From: an uncultured Gammaproteobacteria bacterium
GTDB lineage: Bacteria > Patescibacteriota > Patescibacteriia > UBA9934 > GWF2-40-263
Assembly: GCA_964373605.1 (NCBI GenBank)
Contig: CAYJVQ010000002.1
Span: 1 to 25,202 of the forward strand
Direction of reading: 5' to 3'
DNA: 25,202 nucleotides
Shown here piece by piece: positions 8,708-17,886 of the stretch. Each line of letters begins with the position of its first letter. Positions within the stretch are counted from its first letter, which is position 1. Made by a program: the position numbers and the translations under genes. The notes under the pieces are model-generated. The model made no database searches and was not told where the DNA came from. It was given only the letters and a program-made list of their open reading frames with translations.

Positions 8708-9813
8708 ATAAGTAATCTCAGCGCATTTAAAATCTCATCTCCGAAATTGACAAAATCTTTGTACGTCACCAGCACGACCAGAACCATGAGCAACATGAAT
8801 CCAAAGTTATGCGCCGCCATTTCTATTTTTTCGTTCACAGCGCGCCCTCGCAACTTCTCAATGATCAAAAACAGAATACGTCCGCCGTCCAGTGCGGGAA
8901 ACGGGAGGACATTGATCACGGCCAGATTGATGGAAAGGAGCGCGGTAAACTGAAGCAAATAAACAAAACCCATGGCTGCGATTTGTCCGGTGATGACGGC
9001 AATCCCAACAGGACCGGAGAGATCAACGTTGATCCCGTTTCCTGTCACCAAGTTCACGATCAGACTCCCAAACGCCAAAACAACTTCCACCGTGAACAGG
9101 GCTGTGGCGCTGATGCCTCGCAGAATCGCGGAAACAAACGGATAAGACACCAATCCTGTTTGCACGAGTCCGACCCCGATGCCCGTCACTTGCTGTTCCG
9201 AAAGATAGGTGGGGGTGAGTTCATGCGTGATGATGGTTCCGTCTGCTCCTTTGATCGAAAGTTTCACCCCTTCTTGTGCACGCTGTGAAATAAACGTGCG
9301 CGCTTGCTCCGCGCTTTCAAATGTCTGTTCGTTGATGGAAACGACGGTGTCGCCTTGTTTGATCCCGGCGGCGGCAGCCGACGATCCGTCAACAACGGCC
9401 ATGATGGTGAGCGTGGAATCGGAAACATGCGCGGAAGAAGGCAAATTTTCATCCACGATACCGGGTAGTCCGATCAGAAAACCGATCGAAAGCAGGATCG
9501 CGGCGAGCAATAAATTCATCGCCACTCCGGCAACGAGAACGATAAATCTTTGCCACGCTTTTTTGGAAGCGAAGCTATCCTTGTCGTTCTTCTGTTCTCC
9601 GGACTCGCCTTTGATACGAACGAATCCTCCAAGCGGAATCCAGTTAATCGAATAGACGGTCTCGCCTTTTTTGATTCCAAAAAGTCGCGGTGGAAACCCA
9701 AATCCAAACTCCTCAACTTTCATGCCCATTTTCTTTGCCATCAAAAAATGGCCGAGTTCATGGACAAAAACCAGCAGAGAGAGAATAAGGACGAACAAAA
9801 AAAGTGTGCCCAT
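8704..9813 (-). CDS. rseP: RIP metalloprotease RseP (site-2 protease, M50 family with PDZ domain)
   Basis: HELGH Zn motif, FGFGFPP, WIPLGGFVRI, PDZ (SAAAAGIKQGDTV), NVLPFPALDGGRI. Start placed at ATG 9813 to avoid overlap with tyrS. Confidence 0.93.
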   Translation of the reverse strand: MGTLFLFVLILSLLVFVHELGHFLMAKKMGMKVEEFGFGFPPRLFGIKKGETVYSINWIPLGGFVRIKGESGEQKNDKDSFASKKAWQRFIVLVAGVAMNLLLAAILLSIGFLIGLPGIVDENLPSSAHVSDSTLTIMAVVDGSSAAAAGIKQGDTVVSINEQTFESAEQARTFISQRAQEGVKLSIKGADGTIITHELTPTYLSEQQVTGIGVGLVQTGLVSYPFVSAILRGISATALFTVEVVLAFGSLIVNLVTGNGINVDLSGPVGIAVITGQIAAMGFVYLLQFTALLSINLAVINVLPFPALDGGRILFLIIEKLRGRAVNEKIEMAAHNFGFMLLMVLVVLVTYKDFVNFGDEILNALRLLI

Positions 9814-9856
9814 AATCAATGGCAGTATAAATGAAATCGAAAAAACGAGAAAGAGC

Positions 9857-11071
9857 CTATTTTTGAACAACCTTTACAAAATGTCTTTTCCCTTTTTGGA
9901 TGAGCGCGCCTTGCGCGGTTGGGACAACCACAAATTCATGGTCTGTGATGATCTGATCGTCCACTTTCACTCCTCCACCATCAACCAACCGACGGGCATC
10001 GGATTTGGATTTTGCCAAACCGCTTTTCACCAGAACGTCGATGATTGACGCGTTCTCTGTGAGCTGATATTCCGGAACATCCGTAGGTTTTTCATGCTCC
10101 TTAAACAACTGATCAAACCGATCGCTTGCCGCCTGCGTTTCTGTTTCGTTGTAAAACAGTTTGACCACTTCACGCGCGAGTCGTGCCTTCACATCGCGCG
10201 GATTCGCCTTTTCTTGAACAAGCGATTTGGAAATCGCGGCGATCTCCTCGTTCGGAACATCTGTCATCAACTCAAATCCACCAACGATCATTCCATCAGT
10301 CCAGTTCATGACTTTTCCAAACATCTCGTCCGCACGGTCGCGAAAGCGAATCATGTTGCCTTCGCTTTTGCCCATTTTTTTACCGGTCGGATCAACAAGA
10401 AGCTTCGTTGTCATGACGAATTTCTCTTTTTGCTTCAGTTCCTTCATGAGCGTTCGCCCTGCAAGCATGTTAAACATCTGATCATTGCCGCCAAGTTCGC
10501 CGTCCACATCCATCGCAACGCAGTCATACGCCTGCAGGAGCGGATACAAAAATTCGTGAAGATAAATTTCTTTATCTTCTTCGAGCCGTTTTTTGAACAT
10601 GTCACGCGCCAGCATCTGTTGCACGGTGAAGTGCGAGCACAGTTCGATCACTTCCTCAAAATTCATCTTGGAAAGCCACTCACGATTATGGCGAAGTTCC
10701 GCCGGATTCTCCCCTTCAAACGAAATAATTTTGCTCGCTTGATGCTTGTAGGTTTGCGCATTATTCATCACTTGCTCGCCTGTCAAACGCACACGCGTCG
10801 CCGACTTATCGCTCGGATCGCCGATAAGACCTGTAAAATCGCCGATGAGCAGAATAATCTTATGGCCAAGCTCCTGAAACTCGCGCATTTTTCTCAAAAA
10901 AATACCATGGCCAATGTGCAAATCCGGCGCGGTGGGATCAATGCCGACATACAAGGAAAGCGGTTTTCCTTCTTTCAATCGCGCTTCCAAAAACTCACGG
11001 GTTGGGTAGATGTGTGCCACTCCGCGTGTTAATAAATGTTCAATTTTTTTTGGGTCGGTTGAGACAGACAT
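9857..11071 (-). CDS. tyrS: Tyrosine--tRNA ligase
   Basis: LYVGIDPTAPDLHIGH (HIGH motif), YPLLQAYD, KMGKS (KMSKS variant), C-terminal S4 domain (SKSDARRLVDGGGV). Likely start ATG 11071. Confidence 0.97.
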   Translation of the reverse strand: MSVSTDPKKIEHLLTRGVAHIYPTREFLEARLKEGKPLSLYVGIDPTAPDLHIGHGIFLRKMREFQELGHKIILLIGDFTGLIGDPSDKSATRVRLTGEQVMNNAQTYKHQASKIISFEGENPAELRHNREWLSKMNFEEVIELCSHFTVQQMLARDMFKKRLEEDKEIYLHEFLYPLLQAYDCVAMDVDGELGGNDQMFNMLAGRTLMKELKQKEKFVMTTKLLVDPTGKKMGKSEGNMIRFRDRADEMFGKVMNWTDGMIVGGFELMTDVPNEEIAAISKSLVQEKANPRDVKARLAREVVKLFYNETETQAASDRFDQLFKEHEKPTDVPEYQLTENASIIDVLVKSGLAKSKSDARRLVDGGGVKVDDQIITDHEFVVVPTAQGALIQKGKRHFVKVVQK

Positions 11072-11120
11072 AAGGAAATTTCCCTTCAATGAGACCGCTC
11101 TCAATTTTAATGAAAGACAT

Positions 11121-11891
11121 CTACACTTGCAAGAGCCAATCCCGAATCAATTCCTTGGTATCCTCCGGTCCGTCTACCGCAATCGTTTCAATACCGGTAC
11201 GCTTAACGGGTTCATCATTTCCCCCTTCATACAACGCATCTCCGACAAAAATCATTTTCTCAATGGCGATGCCCAAATGTTTTTGCATCTGAAAAACACC
11301 GTATCCCTTGTCGATCCCTTTCATCGTCACATCAATGGAAGATTTTCCAGGAACCTTGATCTCAAATTCAGGCAAATATTCTTTCAGTCTTCCAACGATT
11401 TCCCATCGTCTATCCGCGGCCGAACCTTTGTAAGCATCCTTCCGTTCAATCGGGGCTTGTTGTCCCAGCGCGGAAAATGTCACCTGTGTCCCGCGATCTT
11501 CGATAATTTCTCCATACACGGTTTTTGGATGCTCATAACCGATATCTTTGAAAGCCGACGCAAACGCTTGCTTAATCTTTGCGCGCTGTTGTAAAGAAAG
11601 CTCATGCGCATACACGGTCTTCCATATCCCATCTTCATATCGCAAAAACTTCGAGCCGGAGGTTGGAAACAAGAAAAGTTTCTCAAAAAGACGTTCATGG
11701 CCTTTCAGACTCTCCAATAACTGCATCTCAAACACAGGAAACCACCCGCCTCCAATGACCGCAACGGATTTTTTTTCCAATAATCCGCAAAAAAGTTCCA
11801 CCATTTCCGCATCCATGGGAGTCTTACTTCTCGCCAAGGTCCCATCCAGATCAAAAACCAGGAGTTCTTTTTCAAGAAGAGGTGAATTCAT
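11121..11891 (-). CDS. HAD-IIB family hydrolase, phosphomannomutase (eukaryotic PMM)-like
   Basis: Motif I FDLDGTL, EDRGTQVTFSALGQQAP cap segment, K in GIDKG, and motif IV FVGDALYEGGND, which resembles the PMM-family FFGD...GGND. Confidence 0.8.
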   Translation of the reverse strand: MNSPLLEKELLVFDLDGTLARSKTPMDAEMVELFCGLLEKKSVAVIGGGWFPVFEMQLLESLKGHERLFEKLFLFPTSGSKFLRYEDGIWKTVYAHELSLQQRAKIKQAFASAFKDIGYEHPKTVYGEIIEDRGTQVTFSALGQQAPIERKDAYKGSAADRRWEIVGRLKEYLPEFEIKVPGKSSIDVTMKGIDKGYGVFQMQKHLGIAIEKMIFVGDALYEGGNDEPVKRTGIETIAVDGPEDTKELIRDWLLQV

Positions 11892-11906
11892 AGTCAGGCC
11901 ATGTTA

Positions 11907-11935
11907 TTGACGATTGCTCACGATTCCCGTATGAT
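11907..11935 (+). promoter_or_regulatory. sigma70 promoter for the lemA-htpX-clpC...radA cluster
   Basis: TTGACG (11907-11912), 17-nt spacer, TATGAT (11930-11935). lemA ATG at 11962. Confidence 0.75.
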
Positions 11936-11961
11936 TTGATTACCATTAACCCCGAAATTCT

Positions 11962-12513
11962 ATGGAATTTATCTGGATCATTCTCATTGTTCTTGCCATC
12001 ATCGCCTTTTGGTTCATTCTAACATACAACGGACTGATCGGCTCAAGAAACCGTGTCGAGGAAGCTTGGTCGGACATTGATGTCCAGATGAAGCGACGAT
12101 ACGATCTGATCCCAAACATCGTGAACTCGGTCAAGGGATACGCCACGCATGAAGAAGGCGTCTTTACAAAAGTGACACAAGCGCGCGCACAGGCCATGAG
12201 CGCCAAAACGGTTCAAGATCACGCACAGGCCGAAAACATACTGACAGAAACGCTCAAATCGCTTTTTGCCGTGGCAGAAAGTTATCCGCAACTTCAAGCG
12301 TCTCAAAACTTCCTCCATCTCCAACAGGAACTCACAGATGCGGAAGACAAAATTCAAGCGGCTCGCCGTTTCTATAACGCAAACACCCGCGACTATATCA
12401 CCCAACTTCAAGTCTTCCCAACCAACTTGATTGCCGGCATGTTTGGATTTACAAAACGGGAATTTTTTGATGCACCGGATACAGAGTTGGAACGACCGGA
12501 AGTAAAGTTTTAA
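11962..12513 (+). CDS. lemA: LemA family protein
   Basis: N-terminal TM, then YNGL...RNRVEEAWSDIDVQMKRRYDLIPN, AVAESYPQLQASQNF, EDKIQAARRFYN, FPTNLIA. Confidence 0.95.
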   Translation: MEFIWIILIVLAIIAFWFILTYNGLIGSRNRVEEAWSDIDVQMKRRYDLIPNIVNSVKGYATHEEGVFTKVTQARAQAMSAKTVQDHAQAENILTETLKSLFAVAESYPQLQASQNFLHLQQELTDAEDKIQAARRFYNANTRDYITQLQVFPTNLIAGMFGFTKREFFDAPDTELERPEVKF

Positions 12514-12543
12514 AGAACGCACAAGGGAAAAGTCGGGAGAAAT

Positions 12544-13428
12544 ATGTATTCCCAAATCACTGCCAACAAACGCAAAACTTGGGTGCTCATCTCGCTTTTT
12601 ACCATTGTCATACTCTTGCTTGGATGGGCTCTTGGCGTTTGGTATGGTGACGCAAATATCGGCATCATTCTTGCGGTGATCGTTGCCACCATCATGACGC
12701 TCTTTGGATATTATCGCGGCGATTCCGTTGCTCTGACGGTTGCCGGCGCGAAAGAAGTAAAAAAACAAGAGGCGCCAGAATTATATCGGCTCGTTGAAAA
12801 TCTTTCGATCGCTTCCGGACTTTCGACTCCGCGCGTCTATGTGATTGAGGATCCATCCGCAAACGCCTTTGCCACCGGACGTGATCCGTCGCATGCATCC
12901 ATCGCGGTCACCACCGGCTTGTTGCGTCTCTTGGAAAAGCCGGAATTGGAAGGTGTGCTTGCCCATGAACTTTCTCACATCAAAAATTACGACATTCGTG
13001 TCATGACGATTGTGATCGTGCTGGTCGGGGTCGTGATTCTCCTTTCCGATGGGATGCTTCGTTCGATTTTCTTTCGAAATCGCGACAACGATAACAAGGG
13101 AGCCGGCATTCTCATCTTGATCGGCCTTGTGCTCGCGATTCTCTCCCCGTTATTTGCCGAACTGATAAAACTGGCCGTTTCGCGTTCGCGCGAATATCTT
13201 GCGGATGCATCCGGATCGCTTCTGACCCGTTATCCCGAAGGCCTTGCGCGTGCGCTTGAAAAAATCGCCAAGGAAGATCGGCCCATGAAACGCGCAAACC
13301 ACGCGACCGCGCATCTTTTCCTTGCCAACCCGTTTGATCCTCACGTCACCAAAAAATTTGAGCACTGGTTTGGCACGCACCCACCGATCGAAGAACGCAT
13401 CAAACGCTTGCGCGGAATCCCCACCTAA
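12544..13428 (+). CDS. htpX: M48 family membrane zinc metalloprotease HtpX
   Basis: NAFATGRDP, LEGVLAHELSHI (HExxH), SRSREYLADA, THPPIEERIKRL. Classic lemA-htpX pair. Confidence 0.93.
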   Translation: MYSQITANKRKTWVLISLFTIVILLLGWALGVWYGDANIGIILAVIVATIMTLFGYYRGDSVALTVAGAKEVKKQEAPELYRLVENLSIASGLSTPRVYVIEDPSANAFATGRDPSHASIAVTTGLLRLLEKPELEGVLAHELSHIKNYDIRVMTIVIVLVGVVILLSDGMLRSIFFRNRDNDNKGAGILILIGLVLAILSPLFAELIKLAVSRSREYLADASGSLLTRYPEGLARALEKIAKEDRPMKRANHATAHLFLANPFDPHVTKKFEHWFGTHPPIEERIKRLRGIPT

Positions 13429-13437
13429 CCTCTCCCC

Positions 13438-15897
13438 ATGTCACGCGATATCGTTGACAAATTTTCCACTCATCTCAAAAACGTGCTGACGCGCGCGCTT
13501 TGTTTTGTGGTCGAAAACAATGAAAAAACGATCCAACCGGAACATTTGCTTTGGGCGGTTGGGACACAACGCGGATGTATCGGCGCAGAAGTTCTGAAAA
13601 AAACAGGGGTAAAACAGACGGATCTTCGCGCACTGGTGGGTGCAACATCGCGCGTAAAATCCACTCCTCTTGCGTCCACAAACGCCTCATTGCATCTCTC
13701 CGGCGATGCCAAACGCATTGTGGAAAAAGCCGTGTTGACCGCAAACATTTACGGCCATCGCTATGTCGGAACCGAACATCTGCTTTCGGGAATCTTGCAA
13801 GTTGAAAACCAAACCATTCACCAATTTTTTGATCACCAAAAAACGGATACGAAAGAATTGCGCCAACAGCTTTCTCTTGTTCTTAAAAGCACATCAAAAT
13901 TCCCGGATATGACAAATGCGATGACAAAAGAAACCCTCGAGGAGGAGGAACAGGAAAAACTAGCCGCCCTGGAATACTTCGGTCGCGAACTCACCACACG
14001 GGAAGCGCAGCAAAAAATTGACCCGGTCATCGGACGTGATGAAGAGATCAACCGCCTGATGCAAATTTTATCCAGGCGCACCAAAAATAATCCGCTTTTG
14101 ACCGGCGCGCCCGGCGTTGGAAAAACAGCGATTGTGGAAGGGCTTGCCAAACACATCGTGGAAGGACGCGTCCCACCCGCTCTCCAACATAAACGGATCT
14201 TTGCCCTTGATTTGGCGCTCATGGTCGCCGGGACGATGTATCGTGGAGAATTCGAAGGGCGTCTGCGACAAGTGGTGGATGAAGTGAAAAAAAATGAAGA
14301 TATCATTCTTTTCATCGACGAAATCCACACGATTGTTGGAGCCGGCGCGGCCTCCGGATCGATGGATGCGGCGAACATTTTAAAACCGGCGCTCGCGCGC
14401 GGCGACATTCGTTGTATCGGCGCGACCACTCCGGACGAACACAAAAAACACATCGAATCAGACAGCGCGCTTGAACGCCGTTTCCAAACGATCTTGGTGG
14501 AAGAACCTTCACCAAAAGATGCCGAGCGCATTTTGCAAGGAGTGGCGCCCTACTATGAATCCTTCCATCGCGTGCGGATTTTGCCGGAAGCCATTATCTC
14601 CGCGGTCAGACTTTCCAGCCGCTATGTGCAGGACCGTCAGCTTCCGGATAAAGCCATTGATCTGATTGACGAAGCGGCCGCGGGAATTCGGATCGCGCAA
14701 GGCCAACCGACATCTTTTCAAAAACGTCGTCAACTTGAACAAGAACTGCAACAGATGAAAGACGTCAAACGCCAAGCGGTTGTCGAGGAGAGATTTCATG
14801 ATGCGTTTGAACTCAAAATAAAAGAGGAACAGATGCGGCGATCCATGGAAACAACCATGGGAGAATCGCCGATCGAGTTTGTCCCGTCCGTCACGGCCAC
14901 AGACATTGCCGGCGTCATTTCCCGCATGACCGGCATTCCTCTCTCGATTTTGCATGACCAATCCAATGTCACCATTGACGCGTTCTACGAACAGCTTGAA
15001 ACGCGCATTTTGGGACAAGGCGCCATTCTCAAAACGGTTTGTGCGGCGCTCGCGCGAGCGCGCGGGGGCGTGACACATCCAAAACGGCCACTGGCGTCTT
15101 TCTTATTCGCGGGGCCATCCGGCGTGGGAAAAACAGAACTGGCAAAAGCCATTGCTCACGTTTTTTTTCATGATCATCGAAACTTCATTCGCTTGGATAT
15201 GTCCGAATACGCCGAAGGATTTACGGTTTCAAAATTGATCGGCTCACCAGCCGGGTATGTCGGATACAAAGACCAATCCAACCTCACGGACCGTGTAAAA
15301 CAACGTCCCTACAGTGTTGTCCTGTTTGATGAAATGGAAAAAGCGCATCGGGACGTCCAAAATTTGCTTTTGCAAATTTTGGAAGAAGGCGAACTGGCGG
15401 ACGCCACAGGCAGAACGATCAATTTCAAAAATACCATGGTCATCATGACAACGAATGTCGGCCTTGAATCGTTTGAACATTCAGGAATTGGATTCGCCCA
15501 ATCCGAAGAAACCGCCCGCTTGGGAATCACACAAGATGTACGCAAAGAACTCGAAGAACGATTCCGACCCGAACTCATCAACCGCATTGAAACGGTTTGC
15601 GTTTTTGATCCGCTCAATAAAGAAACCGTCACGCGTATCGTTGAAAAAGAGCTTCGTGATCTTCAAGAGCGCTTGCACGAACACAACGCTCTCACCTTCA
15701 CCTTGGATCCAAACGTGTCCGGTCATCTTTCCGCGCAGGTCAATCTCAAATTCGGCGCCCGCAGTGTCCGTCATCTGATTCAAAAAGAAATTGAAACACG
15801 CATTGCGGAACGTCTCTCAAAAAAAGACCGGCCGAAAAAATTACACTTGGGCCTGCACCGATCAGGAATCGTTATCACCAAACCGCGAGTCGTGTAA
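13438..15897 (+). CDS. clpC: ATP-dependent Clp protease ATP-binding subunit ClpC
   Basis: Clp-N repeats (EHLLW, YVGTEHLL), NBD1 GAPGVGKT/IILFIDEIH, UVR-like M domain, NBD2 GPSGVGKT/VLFDEMEK, GYVGY pore loop, IGF ClpP-docking tripeptide. Confidence 0.92.
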   Translation: MSRDIVDKFSTHLKNVLTRALCFVVENNEKTIQPEHLLWAVGTQRGCIGAEVLKKTGVKQTDLRALVGATSRVKSTPLASTNASLHLSGDAKRIVEKAVLTANIYGHRYVGTEHLLSGILQVENQTIHQFFDHQKTDTKELRQQLSLVLKSTSKFPDMTNAMTKETLEEEEQEKLAALEYFGRELTTREAQQKIDPVIGRDEEINRLMQILSRRTKNNPLLTGAPGVGKTAIVEGLAKHIVEGRVPPALQHKRIFALDLALMVAGTMYRGEFEGRLRQVVDEVKKNEDIILFIDEIHTIVGAGAASGSMDAANILKPALARGDIRCIGATTPDEHKKHIESDSALERRFQTILVEEPSPKDAERILQGVAPYYESFHRVRILPEAIISAVRLSSRYVQDRQLPDKAIDLIDEAAAGIRIAQGQPTSFQKRRQLEQELQQMKDVKRQAVVEERFHDAFELKIKEEQMRRSMETTMGESPIEFVPSVTATDIAGVISRMTGIPLSILHDQSNVTIDAFYEQLETRILGQGAILKTVCAALARARGGVTHPKRPLASFLFAGPSGVGKTELAKAIAHVFFHDHRNFIRLDMSEYAEGFTVSKLIGSPAGYVGYKDQSNLTDRVKQRPYSVVLFDEMEKAHRDVQNLLLQILEEGELADATGRTINFKNTMVIMTTNVGLESFEHSGIGFAQSEETARLGITQDVRKELEERFRPELINRIETVCVFDPLNKETVTRIVEKELRDLQERLHEHNALTFTLDPNVSGHLSAQVNLKFGARSVRHLIQKEIETRIAERLSKKDRPKKLHLGLHRSGIVITKPRVV

Positions 15898-15901
15898 TAC
15901 G

Positions 15902-16639
15902 ATGATTTTTTCTATGCCCCTACCCGTTATTGCCGCTGTTGGAGCCGGTATTGTGCGAGGCGCCGCCGTTGCCGGACGAGCGGCTGTTAGCTCTGGACGC
16001 GCGGCCGGATCTGCAAGCGCGCGATCGTCTTCACAAATGAAAAGCCGATTTCAACAAGGACGCACACAGGCAAGACAGATGGAAAACGTGAACAAACTCA
16101 ATAAAAGAGAACGGACGGAACAAGAAGATGAAACGGGACCGCAGCCGAACATGTTTGGCGGCGCAAGCCGATCAAGCCAATTCAAATCCGCAACCGCCAT
16201 GCTCAAACAGTTCAATGCCATGCAAGCCCAGACGCCTGCGGACGCGAAACCTGCGCAGGATCTCGCAAAAGCGGCCGCAAAAAAAATGATCCCGAAGGCC
16301 GCGATCTTTATCGCCAACCAAATCGCGGTCACGCTGGAACTCGGAACCGCCGGCATTGCTTTTCTCCTCACGGTTTTCATTCGATTAATCACTTTAGGAT
16401 GGTACAATACAGAAATGATCTATGGCGGTTGGATCATGAAAGGAAAACACAAACTGATCGGGCCGCTCAACTGGGATCCGATTCCCATCCCTTTTGCAAA
16501 AAAAAATAGCAGCGAAAACGCCATCAGCAAAACTCTGTTGGTTCTCATCGCTGATTTCATGATCGTCATTGTCATGATGCTTCCGCTTGTTTATCTGATT
16601 GTTTATCTTTCCATTCTGGACTCGATAAATCCATTCTAA
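15902..16639 (+). CDS. Hypothetical membrane protein (Ala/Gly/Ser/Arg-rich N-terminus, C-terminal hydrophobic helices)
   Basis: ORF with ATG at 15902 (or 15914) just after the clpC stop. Hydrophobic segments LGTAGIAFLLTVFIRLITLGW and LLVLIADFMIVIVMMLPLVYLIVYLSIL. Confidence 0.7.
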   Translation: MIFSMPLPVIAAVGAGIVRGAAVAGRAAVSSGRAAGSASARSSSQMKSRFQQGRTQARQMENVNKLNKRERTEQEDETGPQPNMFGGASRSSQFKSATAMLKQFNAMQAQTPADAKPAQDLAKAAAKKMIPKAAIFIANQIAVTLELGTAGIAFLLTVFIRLITLGWYNTEMIYGGWIMKGKHKLIGPLNWDPIPIPFAKKNSSENAISKTLLVLIADFMIVIVMMLPLVYLIVYLSILDSINPF

Positions 16640-16643
16640 TTTT

Positions 16644-17870
16644 ATGTCAGAACGCACAAAACGCTTCCTGCTCATTATCGGATTTATCTTGTCTGTCATC
16701 GTCATCGCGACTTTGTTGTATTTCGCCTTTTTCAGATCCACGCCTTCCAAACCCGTTGTCGAGCCCACGAAAACGGAACCCACCGCTTCTTTGGGTGGGC
16801 TTGATCCGTCCGGCTTGGGTGTTCCAAGCGAAATCACCCAGCCCGGCGCCTCGACCGGCCTTCAAGAAGCGGACACCGTTGCACAAGGCGGACTCACGCA
16901 AACAACGCAACTCACGAGCGCACCGATTGCGAGTCCGACCCTTTCCGAGGATGGAACGGCGGTTCATTTTTATGATGCAACGGATGGAAAATTCTATCGC
17001 CTTGATGCCAACGGAGAAATCAAATCCTTATCTGAAAAACAATTTCCCTCGCTCGAGAAAGCGACCTGGGGCAAAGAGGCAAACAAAGCCGTGCTCGAAT
17101 TTCCGGACGGCTCAAACATCGTGTACGATTTTGAAAATGAAACTCAAGTCACGCTTCCCAAACACTGGGAGGATTTTGACTTTTCACCGACCACCGATGA
17201 ATTGATCGCAAAAAGCATCGGGATTGACCCGGAAAATAGATGGTTGGTGGTTTCAAACGCAAACGGATCAAACGTCAAAAGTATTCAAGCTCTTGGAAAT
17301 AACGAATCGAAAGTTCAAGTGAATTGGTCCCCCAATGATCAAGTGATCGCGTTTTCAGATACGGCGGAAGGGTTAGGCAGCTTCGACCGCCGAACGATTA
17401 TTCCTCTGGGAAAGAAACAAGAAAATTTTAAAGGGCTCGTCGTAGAAGGACTCGGATTCAAATCCCAGTGGTCGCCGGACGGAAAAAAACTTCTTTATTC
17501 CGTTGCCGGTTCTTACAGTCAGTATCGTCCCCTTTTGTGGATTGTGAATGCAACGAGCGCGAGCATGGGGGAAGAACGAAAAAGTCTGTCGCTCAATACC
17601 TGGGTGGATAAATGCACATTTTCATCTTCAAACACGGCCTTGTGTGCGGTTCCGCAAGGTCTTCCGCCCAATGCCGGACTTCAACCGGCCGCTTTTAGCG
17701 ATTATCCGGATGCTCTGTATGAAGTGAATATCGAAACAGGCGCCACCAAACTCATCGCCATCCCATCGGGAAACAAAGAAATGAAGAATCTTTTTGTGAC
17801 CGCGGATAAGTCTCTCTTGTATTACACAAATGCGGATACGGGCAATCTGGAATTTATCAAATTGAAATAG
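16644..17870 (+). CDS. Membrane-anchored extracytoplasmic protein with a TolB/WD40-like beta-propeller
   Basis: 408 aa. N-terminal TM (FLLIIGFILSVIVIATLLYFAFF), Pro/Thr/Gly linker, repeated blade-type motifs (PTLSEDG, FDFSPT, NWSPND, QWSPDGKKLLYS), one Cys pair. Confidence 0.75.
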   Translation: MSERTKRFLLIIGFILSVIVIATLLYFAFFRSTPSKPVVEPTKTEPTASLGGLDPSGLGVPSEITQPGASTGLQEADTVAQGGLTQTTQLTSAPIASPTLSEDGTAVHFYDATDGKFYRLDANGEIKSLSEKQFPSLEKATWGKEANKAVLEFPDGSNIVYDFENETQVTLPKHWEDFDFSPTTDELIAKSIGIDPENRWLVVSNANGSNVKSIQALGNNESKVQVNWSPNDQVIAFSDTAEGLGSFDRRTIIPLGKKQENFKGLVVEGLGFKSQWSPDGKKLLYSVAGSYSQYRPLLWIVNATSASMGEERKSLSLNTWVDKCTFSSSNTALCAVPQGLPPNAGLQPAAFSDYPDALYEVNIETGATKLIAIPSGNKEMKNLFVTADKSLLYYTNADTGNLEFIKLK

Positions 17871-17886
17871 GGAGATTTTAAACTTT

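Noticed and set aside
10094-11032. 312-aa ORF antisense to tyrS (tempting as sense/antisense synthetase coding)
   Set aside because: It is in codon register with tyrS, the antisense frame that stays open when TTA/CTA/TCA codons are scarce. No recognisable motifs.
11074-11106. Short palindromes upstream of tyrS (GGAAATTTCC; TGAGA-ccgc-TCTCA) as a T-box or attenuator
   Set aside because: The intergenic region is only 49 nt, with no T-box consensus or specifier loop.
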